NCBI RefSeq assembly: GCF_000017845.1 | Contig: NC_010547.1 | Location: 390,001 to 422,000 of the forward strand | Direction of reading: 5' to 3' | Length of the DNA stretch: 32,000 nt | Source of the DNA: Crocosphaera subtropica ATCC 51142 | GTDB lineage: Bacteria > Cyanobacteriota > Cyanobacteriia > Cyanobacteriales > Microcystaceae | Part shown: positions 17,786 through 27,965 of the stretch, in pieces | Numbering within the stretch: the first letter of the stretch is position 1 | How the letters are laid out: each line of letters opens with the position of its first letter | The notes under the pieces: model-generated | Database searches by the model: none | Told to the model about the DNA's origin: nothing | The model's input: only the letters and a program-made list of their open reading frames with translations | Translations under genes and position numbers: made by a program

Positions 17786-20071
17786 ATGGATCAGTGGATT
17801 AACTTATTTATTAAAGTCAGCAAACCTATATTAACCAGCATAGTCTACACAGGCATTAATAGTTGGTTAGAGGTGTTTCAAGAAGAAATCACAGAGGTTC
17901 ATAAACAACAGGCCAAAAATACCATCAAGTCTTTGACCCTTCAAGACGGTATGATTCATAGGGAAGGGAAAGACTTTACCTCATGTCATTCGACTTTAAT
18001 GATGGCCGAAAACAAAGCTTTAAACAGAAATTACATCGAAGAAGAAAAAGCTTGGCCATTACGTTTATCCCCTGAAAAACTATTGCAAAAAGTGGCCACT
18101 GATGGTCATAATTTACTATTTTTTTTAGTTACCCCTAAGACGACCTTTCCAGAATTTTCCTCTTTCGACTATACACCATCTAATTGTGAACAACGACTTT
18201 GGCAAAATTTACGACAATTTATCCAAAAAAACTATTCTTTTCAGATTCCTAATAAAGGAATTAGTTTTATGGGGGGATTATGGGATCATCATCATTTTTA
18301 TGGAGAAACCAGTATTCAACTATTATTTGAACAATTAAACTCCATTTCTTGTTTAGTTTTAGAGACGGAAATTCAGGGAAAAAATATTAAATTTAATCTG
18401 GTGTATTGGAGAAAAAAGGCTAAAAAATATCATTATACTAATATATTTACCCTAAATTATCAAAACTTGTTGATAGAATTAGTTAAAACAAGAGTTCAAC
18501 AATGGCAAGAAACTCGGAATCAGCTGTTAAAGTTAGGAAAATCTAGAGAAGATATAGAAAGATTAGGGGGAATTTGTGAAAAAAATCATCGAATATGTGA
18601 AGAATTAGAAAGTTTAGACAAAGAAGGAATTAAAATAGAGCAACTAACAGTAAATTATCAGTTTGATCAACAAGATTATGAATCATTATGTCAAAATTTA
18701 AGTATTTGTTGCTGTTTGTTAGGGGGTTGGGTAGCAGATATTCATTATCTAATCGATGATAATATTCCTCCTCATTTACCTATGTGGTTACTCTCTTTAG
18801 AAGAGAGTTGTTCTCAGTTCCAATCTAAACCCGATCTTTTAAATATAACCCTCTCCTTATATGAAGATATTTTAATAGTTTTAGGTCATGAATCTCTCCA
18901 TGATGTGCCTGAATTAGCCTTAAAATTAGCTGAAAGTTTTATGCACTGGCCAGATCAAACATGGGCGATTGAACCCCTCATTTATTCTTTTAATTGTTGG
19001 CAACAACAGCATCAAGATATTGATAGTTTCTCTCAACAAGATCGAGACTATTTAAACCATCTTAAACAGTGTTTACAAAATTTGACTGAACAAGAAAAAA
19101 CAAAAGAAATTAGGGAATTTATCAAAAATTTAACAACAGAATCAACTAATAACCTTGTTCCTCAATCTCACTTTAATTATTTTCAATTACAACGAACAAT
19201 CAGCACTGCTTCAGAAAAAGTATTATCTTTAAAAATTGATAAAAGAGGATATCAATTTATTAGTCAAAGAGAACCTAATTCTTTAAAAGTCTGGCATTAT
19301 AATCCTCAAAAATCTATATTATCTTTAAAATATGATTTAGGGAGATATGCAGGTCAACTATCGGCAGCTACTTTAAGTCAAAATGGGCAATTTTTAGCCA
19401 GTAGTGAAATCACAGAAAAACGGAGTTATATTAAGATTTGGAAATTATCAACTGGTCAAATTTATCGCACTTTATTCGGTCATCGACAACCAATTCAAAC
19501 CCTAGCAATCCATTTAGGTAATCGTCCTTTTATTGCTAGTGGTAGTCATAAAATCAAGCTATGGAATTTTTTAACAGGAGAATCTTTATTAACTTTATTT
19601 GGACATAAACAACTCGTTTCTTGTTTAGCTATTAGTCCCGATGGGAAAATTTTAATCAGTGGTAGCATCGATAAGACCTTAAGAATTTGGGACTTAAAAA
19701 CAGGTAATTTGCTCAAAACTTTAACAGGGCATAAAAATTTTATTACCACTTTAATTCTTAGTGAAGATGGAGAAACAATTGTTAGTGGAAGTACCGATAA
19801 AACCATTAAGCTATGGGATTTGAAATCAGGAAAATTGTTACAAACGTTGACAGGACATTTAGGGGGTTTACAAACTTTTTGTTTGTATGATTGTTATTTG
19901 TTTGCTGGTGATGACACGGGGAAAATTTATCTTTGGGATCTTAAAACGGGAAACTCATTATCTAGCTGGAACGCCCATCAAAAAGGGATAGAAGCGATCG
20001 CTATTAGTGAAGATGGACAAACATTGGTGAGTAGTTGTCAAGAGGGGAAAGTTCAGTTATGGAGCAATTAA
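17786..20071 (+). CDS. WD40-repeat protein with a large uncharacterised N-terminal region
   Basis: The C-terminal ~270 aa contain repeated GH...WD units (LFGHKQLVSCLAISPDGKILISGSIDKTLRIWDL, LTGHKNFITTLILSEDGETIVSGSTDKTIKLWDL, etc.). In the first ~490 aa I recognise no motif, no Walker A and no predicted TM segment. Confidence 0.85.
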   Translation: MDQWINLFIKVSKPILTSIVYTGINSWLEVFQEEITEVHKQQAKNTIKSLTLQDGMIHREGKDFTSCHSTLMMAENKALNRNYIEEEKAWPLRLSPEKLLQKVATDGHNLLFFLVTPKTTFPEFSSFDYTPSNCEQRLWQNLRQFIQKNYSFQIPNKGISFMGGLWDHHHFYGETSIQLLFEQLNSISCLVLETEIQGKNIKFNLVYWRKKAKKYHYTNIFTLNYQNLLIELVKTRVQQWQETRNQLLKLGKSREDIERLGGICEKNHRICEELESLDKEGIKIEQLTVNYQFDQQDYESLCQNLSICCCLLGGWVADIHYLIDDNIPPHLPMWLLSLEESCSQFQSKPDLLNITLSLYEDILIVLGHESLHDVPELALKLAESFMHWPDQTWAIEPLIYSFNCWQQQHQDIDSFSQQDRDYLNHLKQCLQNLTEQEKTKEIREFIKNLTTESTNNLVPQSHFNYFQLQRTISTASEKVLSLKIDKRGYQFISQREPNSLKVWHYNPQKSILSLKYDLGRYAGQLSAATLSQNGQFLASSEITEKRSYIKIWKLSTGQIYRTLFGHRQPIQTLAIHLGNRPFIASGSHKIKLWNFLTGESLLTLFGHKQLVSCLAISPDGKILISGSIDKTLRIWDLKTGNLLKTLTGHKNFITTLILSEDGETIVSGSTDKTIKLWDLKSGKLLQTLTGHLGGLQTFCLYDCYLFAGDDTGKIYLWDLKTGNSLSSWNAHQKGIEAIAISEDGQTLVSSCQEGKVQLWSN

Positions 20072-20293
20072 TGATGATTCAAAAGTTTAAATTTAACAAA
20101 TCTTAAGTTCAAGCCAATTGCTCTAGTTATTATTAAGTATAATATTAGTCAGAAATTATCGTTACTTTTAGGGTTGAGATTTTAACTAAACTCAGCAATA
20201 TTATTGAATCTCAATTAATTGCAATGTAACTTTAACTTAATACTTATCACTTCAAACTTATTATTAATAATTAAATAACACAAACGTAGGAAA

Positions 20294-23041
20294 ATGAGTA
20301 AGTGGCACAAACTAGACAGAGAAACCGTTCTCAGGAAATTGGGAAGTGATCGCAGTTGGGGACTTAACCACGATGAAGCCATTCATCGCCTAGAAACCGG
20401 CGGACCTAACAAACTGCAAGAAAAACCCCAAAAACCCCCTTGGCGCATTCTTTGGGAACAATTAATCGAACCCCTAGTCTTGCTGCTAGTGGCTGCAGCT
20501 ATCATCTCTGCTTTACTGGGAGACTACCAAGAAGCAGTGGTCATACTGATTATCGTCATTCTCAACGCTTTGTTAGGCTTTAGTCAGGAATATCGCGCTG
20601 AAAAAGCCATGGCTGCCCTAAAAACCTTAGCCATTCCCAAGGTAAAAGTTCGCCGTGGGGGACATTGGCACGAAATTCCGGCTTCAGAACTGGTTGTAGG
20701 GGATATAGTTACCCTAGAAGACGGTAATATTGTCTCGGCAGATATTCGTCTGCTGGAAGTAGCTAATCTACGAATTCAAGAATCCATCTTAACCGGAGAA
20801 GCCGAGGCTGTTCCTAAAAGCATTGACCCTTTAACGGAAAAAAAAATCCCCTTGGGCGATCGCCTTAATATGGCTTATATGGGAACTTTGGTTACCTATG
20901 GACGGGGTTATGGGGTAGTAGTAGGGACAGGAATGAAAACCCAACTAGGAAAAATTGCCAAGTTATTGCAAAAAGTTGAGGCCGAATTAACCCCCTTACA
21001 ACAACGACTTCAACGGTTAGGGCAACAAATATTAATGGCTTCTGTGATCCTAGTGGTGATTATTTTTAGTTTGGGACTCTTAGAAGGAGAAGGGTTAAAA
21101 GTCATGTTTCTCACTGCCGTTAGTTTAGCAGTGGCTGCGGTTCCGGAAGGACTTCCGGCTGTTGTGACCATTGCTTTAGCGTTAGGATCACAAAGAATGC
21201 TGAAACGAGGGGCTTTAATTCGTAAATTGCCCGCCGTAGAAACCTTAGGGTCGGTCACAGTGATTTGTTCGGATAAAACGGGAACTTTGACAGAAAATCG
21301 TATGACTGTTAATGTCTTAGATGTGGTAGGACGACGGTTAAACCTGACCTCGGAGTTGATACGAGATGGCCACGATCTCGATCTGCGTCAACAACAACCC
21401 TCCCTGTTAAAAAAACAACCGCAGCTGGTATGGTTACTGTTAGGAAGTGCCTTATGTAACGATGCGTCTCTTGAAGCTGATTCAGATGATCCACAACTGT
21501 TCCATGTGGTAGGAGAACCCACCGAAGGGGCTTTAATCACCGCAGCAGCCAGTTTAGGGCTGAGAAAATCTGACTTAGAACCCTTATTTCCTAGAGTGGC
21601 AGAAATTCCGTTTGATGCCCAACGTCGACGTATGACCACCCTTCATCACGTTCCGAGGGATGGCTATTGTTGGCCTGAACTACTGCAACAACCTTGGCAG
21701 TGGCATCAGAACTTAGGTGGAATGCCCTATATGGCCTTTACCAAAGGGGCAGTAGACAGTCTTTTGGACATTTGTACAGAAGTTTGGGTTAATAACCACC
21801 CCAAACCCTTAACCGAAGTATGGCAAAGTTGGATTCAAGATAGCAATGACGAATTAGCGGCCCAAGGCAGTCGGGTGTTAGGGTTGGGGTTTCGGCCTCA
21901 TTTGTCTCCCTATATCGACCACGGAACGATTATTGAACAGAATTTAATTTTTCTGGGATTGATGGCTATGAGTGACCCCATTCGTCCGGAAGTCAAAGAA
22001 GCGGTACAAACCTGTCGGACAGCGGGGATTCGCCCCGTGATGATTACGGGAGATCATCCTTTAACGGCACAACATATCGCTAGAGAATTAGGCATGATGG
22101 TTAATGGAGGGATTCTGACAGGACAAGACTTATCCTGTCTTAACGCTGATGAATTGACAGAAAAAGTATTGCAAACTTCCGTTTATGCAAGGGTTAGCCC
22201 CAAACAAAAGCTACAAATCGTCGAAGCATGGCAACAACAAGGGCAAATTGTGGCCATGACTGGAGATGGGGTAAATGATGCCCCAGCCTTGAAAAAGGCG
22301 GACATTGGTATTGCTATGGGGGTGAGTGGAACCGATGTAGCTAAAGAGGCGGCTGATATGGCGTTATTGGATGATAATTTTGCCACCATTATTGCAGCAG
22401 TTAGGGAAGGACGGATTATTTACGATAATGTTCGCAAGTTTATCTTTTATATGTTTAGCAGCAATTCTGGGGAAATTTGGGTGATGTTGGCTGCTTTTTT
22501 CTTGGGAATGCCGTTACCCTTGTTACCATTGCAAATTCTTTGGATTAATTTAATGACCGATGGTCTACCGGCCTTAGCGTTGGGGATTGAACCGGCTGAA
22601 AAACATATCATGCACCGTCTTCCTTATCCTCCTAGCGAAAATATCTTTAGTCGAGGTTTGGGTTGGCGAATTATTTGGGTGGGTTTATTAATGGGGTTTG
22701 TCTCTTTGGGAACAGGTTACTACTATTGGCAACAGCAGAACCCTGCATGGCAAACTATGATCTTTACTATTGTCACCCTCTCTCAAATGGGTAATGCCTT
22801 AGCGATTCGGTCTGAACGTTATGCTTTATGGAAAATTGGACTGTTTTCTAATCCGTTTTTGATTATGGCTGTTATCTTAACCGTTATCTTACAAATTGGC
22901 ATTATTTATGTTCCCTTCTGGCAAAATCTCTTCCAAACCACTGCTTTATCCGTCAACGATTTACTGTTATGTTTACTGTTAAGTACAGTCGTTTTTTGGG
23001 CAGTGGAAGCAGAAAAATGGTGGTTACGTCGTCAATTCTAA
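20294..23041 (+). CDS. Cation-transporting P-type ATPase, P2 type (SERCA/PMCA/Pma1-like)
   Basis: 915 aa with TGEA actuator motif, TM4 AVPEGLPAV, phosphorylation site CSDKTGTLT, hinge MTGDGVNDAPALKKADIGIAMG and a C-terminal multi-TM cation_ATPase_C-like region. There is no CPC/CPx motif, so it is not a P1B heavy-metal pump. Confidence 0.92.
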   Translation: MSKWHKLDRETVLRKLGSDRSWGLNHDEAIHRLETGGPNKLQEKPQKPPWRILWEQLIEPLVLLLVAAAIISALLGDYQEAVVILIIVILNALLGFSQEYRAEKAMAALKTLAIPKVKVRRGGHWHEIPASELVVGDIVTLEDGNIVSADIRLLEVANLRIQESILTGEAEAVPKSIDPLTEKKIPLGDRLNMAYMGTLVTYGRGYGVVVGTGMKTQLGKIAKLLQKVEAELTPLQQRLQRLGQQILMASVILVVIIFSLGLLEGEGLKVMFLTAVSLAVAAVPEGLPAVVTIALALGSQRMLKRGALIRKLPAVETLGSVTVICSDKTGTLTENRMTVNVLDVVGRRLNLTSELIRDGHDLDLRQQQPSLLKKQPQLVWLLLGSALCNDASLEADSDDPQLFHVVGEPTEGALITAAASLGLRKSDLEPLFPRVAEIPFDAQRRRMTTLHHVPRDGYCWPELLQQPWQWHQNLGGMPYMAFTKGAVDSLLDICTEVWVNNHPKPLTEVWQSWIQDSNDELAAQGSRVLGLGFRPHLSPYIDHGTIIEQNLIFLGLMAMSDPIRPEVKEAVQTCRTAGIRPVMITGDHPLTAQHIARELGMMVNGGILTGQDLSCLNADELTEKVLQTSVYARVSPKQKLQIVEAWQQQGQIVAMTGDGVNDAPALKKADIGIAMGVSGTDVAKEAADMALLDDNFATIIAAVREGRIIYDNVRKFIFYMFSSNSGEIWVMLAAFFLGMPLPLLPLQILWINLMTDGLPALALGIEPAEKHIMHRLPYPPSENIFSRGLGWRIIWVGLLMGFVSLGTGYYYWQQQNPAWQTMIFTIVTLSQMGNALAIRSERYALWKIGLFSNPFLIMAVILTVILQIGIIYVPFWQNLFQTTALSVNDLLLCLLLSTVVFWAVEAEKWWLRRQF

Positions 23042-23187
23042 TAGCCAATTCCAACATCACAATATCTTAAGTTATATAAAAAAATTTCACGAATTAGCTA
23101 ATCTCAACTGCCAAAATCCAACGATTAAGCCAAACCGAGTTATACTAAAAATAGAAGGTAAAGAAAAGTTTATAAAAAGTTAAAGAG

Positions 23188-23487
23188 GTGATAATAATGA
23201 CACTTAAAGATTTTGTTCCTCACATCGATTTTAAAGATGTTGCCGAAGACCTTGGCATTCCCGGAATCACAGCGATTGTTCTCTTTCCTGTATTAATTCC
23301 TGTGGCGGGAAAAGCAGCTAAACCTATCGCCAAAGCAACCATCAAAGGAGGGGTTATTCTTTATGAAAAAGGCAAAGGAGTGATTGCTAATGTGGGTGAA
23401 ACCTTTGAAGATATCGTTGCTGAATCGTTAGCCGAATTAGCTGAAGAAAGAAGTCAAACGTCAGCGATCGCTGAAGGTGATGGCTAA
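23188..23487 (+). CDS. Small protein resembling the DUF5132 family (one hydrophobic segment + amphipathic/acidic tail)
   Basis: ITAIVLFPVLIPVAGKAAKPIAKATIKGGVILYEKGKGVIANVGETFEDIVAESLAELAEE. The pattern (hydrophobic helix, KPxAK, IKGG, YEKG, acidic AE-rich tail) matches my recollection of DUF5132. The probable start is ATG 23197, 8 nt after AAGAGG (23183-23188), rather than GTG 23188. Confidence 0.6.
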   Translation: MIIMTLKDFVPHIDFKDVAEDLGIPGITAIVLFPVLIPVAGKAAKPIAKATIKGGVILYEKGKGVIANVGETFEDIVAESLAELAEERSQTSAIAEGDG

Positions 23488-23771
23488 TGAGAACAAATCA
23501 GTTCCGTTAGGTGAGAACTAACAGAATTGGTAATAAAAATGGAAAAAATTGTGTTAGTGGTGGATTGTTTCTAGTCAACCGCTCTCCAGGGGCAAGTTGC
23601 TGTTAACATGAAGCCCTTTTAAAAACAATCAAAGTGAGTCTGAGAACATTTTTTATTAGTCAAAATATCAAGTTTTATCACCAAGTGAAATGAGTTATTC
23701 TTGAATTCTTTTAAGATTGTAGTAAGAAGAGTTGATATAGATTATTCTCTTGGTCAATCATCTTAAAGACA

Positions 23772-26700
23772 ATGAATAAAAAACACTCAATCAACCATAA
23801 TCATCAAAAACAACGCTCTTCGATCAAAATTCTCCACAAAACTGTCAAAGGAAGATGTCGGTGTAAAGTTCAAGGATTACTTTATTCAAAAGAGCTAAAA
23901 CAGTATTTAGAATTTAATTTGTCCCTACAGAAAGATATTAACTCAGTTCGTGCTAACTCGGTTACGGGCAATATTCTCATATACTTCAATCCTCGCACAA
24001 AAGTCATTGAAATTGCTAAAGCCGTTAACCAACTGGTTGAACAGTATTATCAACATCCCCAAGCATTCATAGAACTCACGAAAAGGCCAAGGGAGTCTTC
24101 TGTTACCTCACCGAGTGCTTGGCATATCAAAGAAATAGAGACAATTCTATTAGAATTTAACACATCCAAACAAACAGGACTATCCAACGAAGCAGTCCAA
24201 GCTAACCTAACGAAATATGGCGTTAATGCCCTCACAGAAAACCCAACCCGTTCAGGATTAAGCATTTTTATCGACTACTTTAAGTCCGTTCCCGTTGCCC
24301 TTTTAAGTGGTGCAGCCTTGCTATCTGTGCTAACGGGAGGTATTACGGATGCTGTGGTAATTATGGGTGTGGTCACTATTAATGCCATCTTAGGCTACGC
24401 AACCGAGAGTCAATCAGAACGTATCATTAATTCTCTAAAAAACTTTGTCAACCCTTCAGCTTGGGTCATTCGAGACGGTAAATTAATTGAAATTGAAAGC
24501 CAAAATCTCGTCCCAGGGGATCTTTTACTCCTGCAACCAGGATCTTATGTACCTGCCGATGCTCGCTTAATTGAAGTTGATCGCTTAACCTTGGATGAGT
24601 CAGCCTTAACTGGTGAAAGTCTGCCCATTAGCAAACAAGATAAAGCCATTACCATCCAAGAAGAGACCATACCTCTGGCTGAACGGAATAATATGGTTTA
24701 TCAGGGAACCTTTGTCACTGGGGGACAAGGAAAGGGGGTAGTGGTGGCCACCGCAAATTTAACGGAAATGGGGAAAATACAAGCTTTGGTAGGGGAAACC
24801 AGTCATCCTACTACCCCCCTAGAACGACAACTCGAACAGGCAGGAGAACAACTGGTCTGGTTGTCTAGTGGGGTTTGTGGTCTGGTCTTTGCCATTGGCT
24901 TATTGCGGGGCTATGGGTTATTAGAAATGGTAAAAACCTCCATTTCTTTAGCGGTGGCTGCTGTTCCTGAAGGCTTACCCACTGTCGCCACCACCACCTT
25001 GGCTTTGGGTATTCTGAATATGCGTCAACAAAAAGTCTTGATTCGTCGTTTAGAAGCCATTGAAGCCCTGGGTTCGATTCAAGCTTTATGTCTTGATAAA
25101 ACAGGAACCCTAACCGCAAATCGAATGTCGGTCTTGCAAGTCTGTTGGGATGGTCGAGAAATTAACCTAGAAGATGGTCATTTTTGGTCAGATCAACAGG
25201 CAATTAATCCTTATCAATGCGATGAATTATTAAAACTTATTCATATCTCAGTTCTCTGCAACGATAGTCAGATCAATTACCATCACCATGACACTTATGT
25301 CTTGGATGGTTCTTCGACGGAAAATGCCCTGATGGAAATGGCGATCGACGCAGGGATAGAAGTAGAAGAACTCCAAGAAAAATATCCTCGCTTGTTAACT
25401 TACCATCGTTCTACAGAACATAATTTCATGGCCACGGTACATCGTATCCATCAATCGGTCTATTTGATGGCCGTTAAAGGCAACCCGTCAGAAGTCTTAG
25501 AACGATGTTCAACTCGGATAGAAAACGGTCAATTTATTCCCTTAAGCCAGGTAGATAAACAAGCTATCTTAGAGCAAAATGAGCGTATGGCCGCCCAAGC
25601 TTTGCGTGTCTTAGGTATGGCTTACGGACAGGAAGAAATCACAGACGTTGAATCTTTACCTGTCTCCCATCTTATTTGGGTGGGACTTGTGGGTATGGCT
25701 GATCCCATTCGTTCAGGAGTCAAAGAAACTATTGCTAATTTTCACCAAGCGGGAATTAATACCCTGATGATTACTGGAGATCAAAGTCCCACTGCGTATG
25801 CTATTGGTAAAACCTTGAATCTTAGCCAAGGGCAGCCCTTAAAAATTCTTGATTCGACAGAATTAATGGATCTCTCCCCAGACGCTTTAGCTAGTTTATC
25901 AGAAAAAGTGCATATCTTTGCACGCATTAGTCCCACTCACAAACTACAGATTGTCCAAGCCCTACAAAATCGGGGGTTAGTGGTGGCGATGACAGGGGAT
26001 GGCATCAATGATACCCCGGCCTTGAAAGCAGCTGAAGTCGGTATTGCGATGGGTCATACCGGAACCGATGTGGCGCGAGAAGTCGCCGATGTGGTTCTTG
26101 AAGACGATAACCTCGAAACCATGATTATCGCCGTCAGTCAAGGACGTACCATTTATAACAATATTCGTAAATCGGTTCATTTTCTTCTGTCCACCAATCT
26201 CAGCGAAATTATGGTCATGTTATTGGCTAATGTGGGTGGTTTAGGACAGCCCCTGAATGCGATGCAGCTACTTTGGCTTAATTTAGTTACTGATATCTTT
26301 CCAGGGTTAGCTTTAGCCCTAGAACCCCCTGAACCCGATGTTTTGAGTCTTGCCCCTCGTTCCCCTGATCAACCCATTATTAAGCGTTCTGATTTTCAAC
26401 GGATTATTTTTGAATCTAGTACGTTATCCGTTAGTTCCTTGGCTGCATACAGTTACGGGATCGCCCGTTATGGCATCAGTCTCCAGGCTAGTACCGTTGC
26501 TTTTATGAGTTTGGTCAGTGGACAATTGCTACACGCGCTTAGTTGTCGATCTTCTCAACCATTAGGTTCCCAAACACTTCCCCACAACCCTTATTTGACC
26601 ACCGCCTTGACAGGTTCAATGGCCCTTCAATGGGTATCCTTAGCTACCCCTGGACTGAGAAATCTCCTACAGGTTACCCCTCTTAATCCCCTTGATGGCT

Positions 26701-26774
26701 TAGTGATTGGTAGTAGTGCCATTTTACCTTTAGCTATCAATGAAGGGACAAAATTTTACCCTATCAGTAAGTAG
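23772..26774 (+). CDS. Cation-transporting P-type ATPase, P2 type, with N-terminal HMA2-like domain
   Basis: 1000 aa with TGES, TM4 AVPEGLPTV, DKTGTLT, MTGDGINDTPALKAAEVGIAMG. An extra ~90-aa N-terminus (KILHKTVKGRCRCKVQGLLYSKELKQYLEFNLSLQKDINSVRANSVTGNILIYFNP) has a ferredoxin-like HMA-type pattern but no GMxCxxC metal site. Confidence 0.9.
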   Translation: MNKKHSINHNHQKQRSSIKILHKTVKGRCRCKVQGLLYSKELKQYLEFNLSLQKDINSVRANSVTGNILIYFNPRTKVIEIAKAVNQLVEQYYQHPQAFIELTKRPRESSVTSPSAWHIKEIETILLEFNTSKQTGLSNEAVQANLTKYGVNALTENPTRSGLSIFIDYFKSVPVALLSGAALLSVLTGGITDAVVIMGVVTINAILGYATESQSERIINSLKNFVNPSAWVIRDGKLIEIESQNLVPGDLLLLQPGSYVPADARLIEVDRLTLDESALTGESLPISKQDKAITIQEETIPLAERNNMVYQGTFVTGGQGKGVVVATANLTEMGKIQALVGETSHPTTPLERQLEQAGEQLVWLSSGVCGLVFAIGLLRGYGLLEMVKTSISLAVAAVPEGLPTVATTTLALGILNMRQQKVLIRRLEAIEALGSIQALCLDKTGTLTANRMSVLQVCWDGREINLEDGHFWSDQQAINPYQCDELLKLIHISVLCNDSQINYHHHDTYVLDGSSTENALMEMAIDAGIEVEELQEKYPRLLTYHRSTEHNFMATVHRIHQSVYLMAVKGNPSEVLERCSTRIENGQFIPLSQVDKQAILEQNERMAAQALRVLGMAYGQEEITDVESLPVSHLIWVGLVGMADPIRSGVKETIANFHQAGINTLMITGDQSPTAYAIGKTLNLSQGQPLKILDSTELMDLSPDALASLSEKVHIFARISPTHKLQIVQALQNRGLVVAMTGDGINDTPALKAAEVGIAMGHTGTDVAREVADVVLEDDNLETMIIAVSQGRTIYNNIRKSVHFLLSTNLSEIMVMLLANVGGLGQPLNAMQLLWLNLVTDIFPGLALALEPPEPDVLSLAPRSPDQPIIKRSDFQRIIFESSTLSVSSLAAYSYGIARYGISLQASTVAFMSLVSGQLLHALSCRSSQPLGSQTLPHNPYLTTALTGSMALQWVSLATPGLRNLLQVTPLNPLDGLVIGSSAILPLAINEGTKFYPISK

Positions 26775-27745
26775 TCGGATAAAAATTGATAATCTTAAGA
26801 GAGTAAAACGTAGCTATACTCACATCTTGCACCTGACGAGACAAACTTCTAAACCGTGTTCATAAAACCAGGAATTTAGTAACTTTAACCTCCTGAGAAG
26901 AGAAAGGAGTAAAATGTGGGGAAGCAGTAAAACTAAGGCTTGTTGTGCTGAATCATACCAGTCTAAATTATCAAAATTACCATTGTGTAAATATATCCAG
27001 TAGGCTAACATATAAGAAAGAAAAGAAAGAATTAACCAACGATAAACCCCTAATAAAGTTTTTTGCCCAAAACGGTGAAGACTAAACTGATGTTTAGCGG
27101 TTTTAAAGAAACCTTCAATTTGCCAACGATATTTACCCCATCGGGTGATAGTTTTTCCCTTCATAGGTTTCGTAGAAATGACAAATCGTTTAACTCGTTT
27201 TCCATTGCGCTTTAGCCAGACCCATGACACAAATACAGGACAGTTTAAACCGTATAAATATACTTGTTGTCCACGAGTTTTTAAATCGGATACTTTACGT
27301 CCATCCGTTAACTTTCTCCTATTAGGAATTCCTAAGATGCCATGATGATTAAACTTTTGACTACGGATTTTCTTAATAAATTGAATAGTCCCAAAAGCTG
27401 TATCTCCTAAAACATAAATTTGGAAGGATTTGGTTAAAATAGAAGGTAATGTGTTCAGTAATTTTAAAGCTAATTGAGATGGCGATGGAGTACCTTTGCC
27501 CCTATAAACCCGAAAAGTCCAAGGAATGCGCCAATTTCCTATAACTAAGTAAAGAACAACAATATGTAAACCCTTCTTATGATTATAGACTCTAACTAAG
27601 TCTTTTAGATGAGGAAACTTCCCAACTTTTTCTAAGGTAGTTAAATCTATGATAACTTGTAAAATGGGTTTTCTTCCTTTTTTTCGTTGGGATAAAACAA
27701 GATTCAAAATAAAAGAACGAATGGTACGTATCAGAGAACGAGTCG

Positions 27746-27800
27746 ACTGCCGACCCACCTTGAATTCAATTCAAGGTGGAAAGCGGCAGTGCATTCCGCA
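27746..27800. repeat. Hairpin mini-insertion H1 inside the IS4/IS701-like transposase
   Basis: A 25-nt palindrome, CCACCTTGAATT-C-AATTCAAGGTGG (27755-27779, 12-bp arms), is nested in an outer 7-bp stem ACTGCCG (27746-27752) / CGGCAGT (27784-27790). It is locally GC-rich versus the surrounding gene and supplies the in-frame TGA. Confidence 0.6.
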
Positions 27801-27965
27801 CCAATTATAATGATTCAAGAATCGACTAATAGCACTTTCAGATTTGGTTTCACAATGATGAGGAACAGCATTTCCTTGTCCATCTAACAATAATCCTATA
27901 ATGGATTCTAACGTATCTTTTTGATAAATCGTCGGCATTAAATCTTTTAAAGTAGAAAGTAATTC

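Noticed and set aside
23488-23771. Possible metal riboswitch (yybP-ykoY or M-box type) or terminator in the 284-nt leader of the 1000-aa ATPase
   Set aside because: Only a weak hairpin is present (AGGGGC...GCCCTT around 23590-23625) with no proper U-tract. I could not find any of the conserved riboswitch core sequences I remember.
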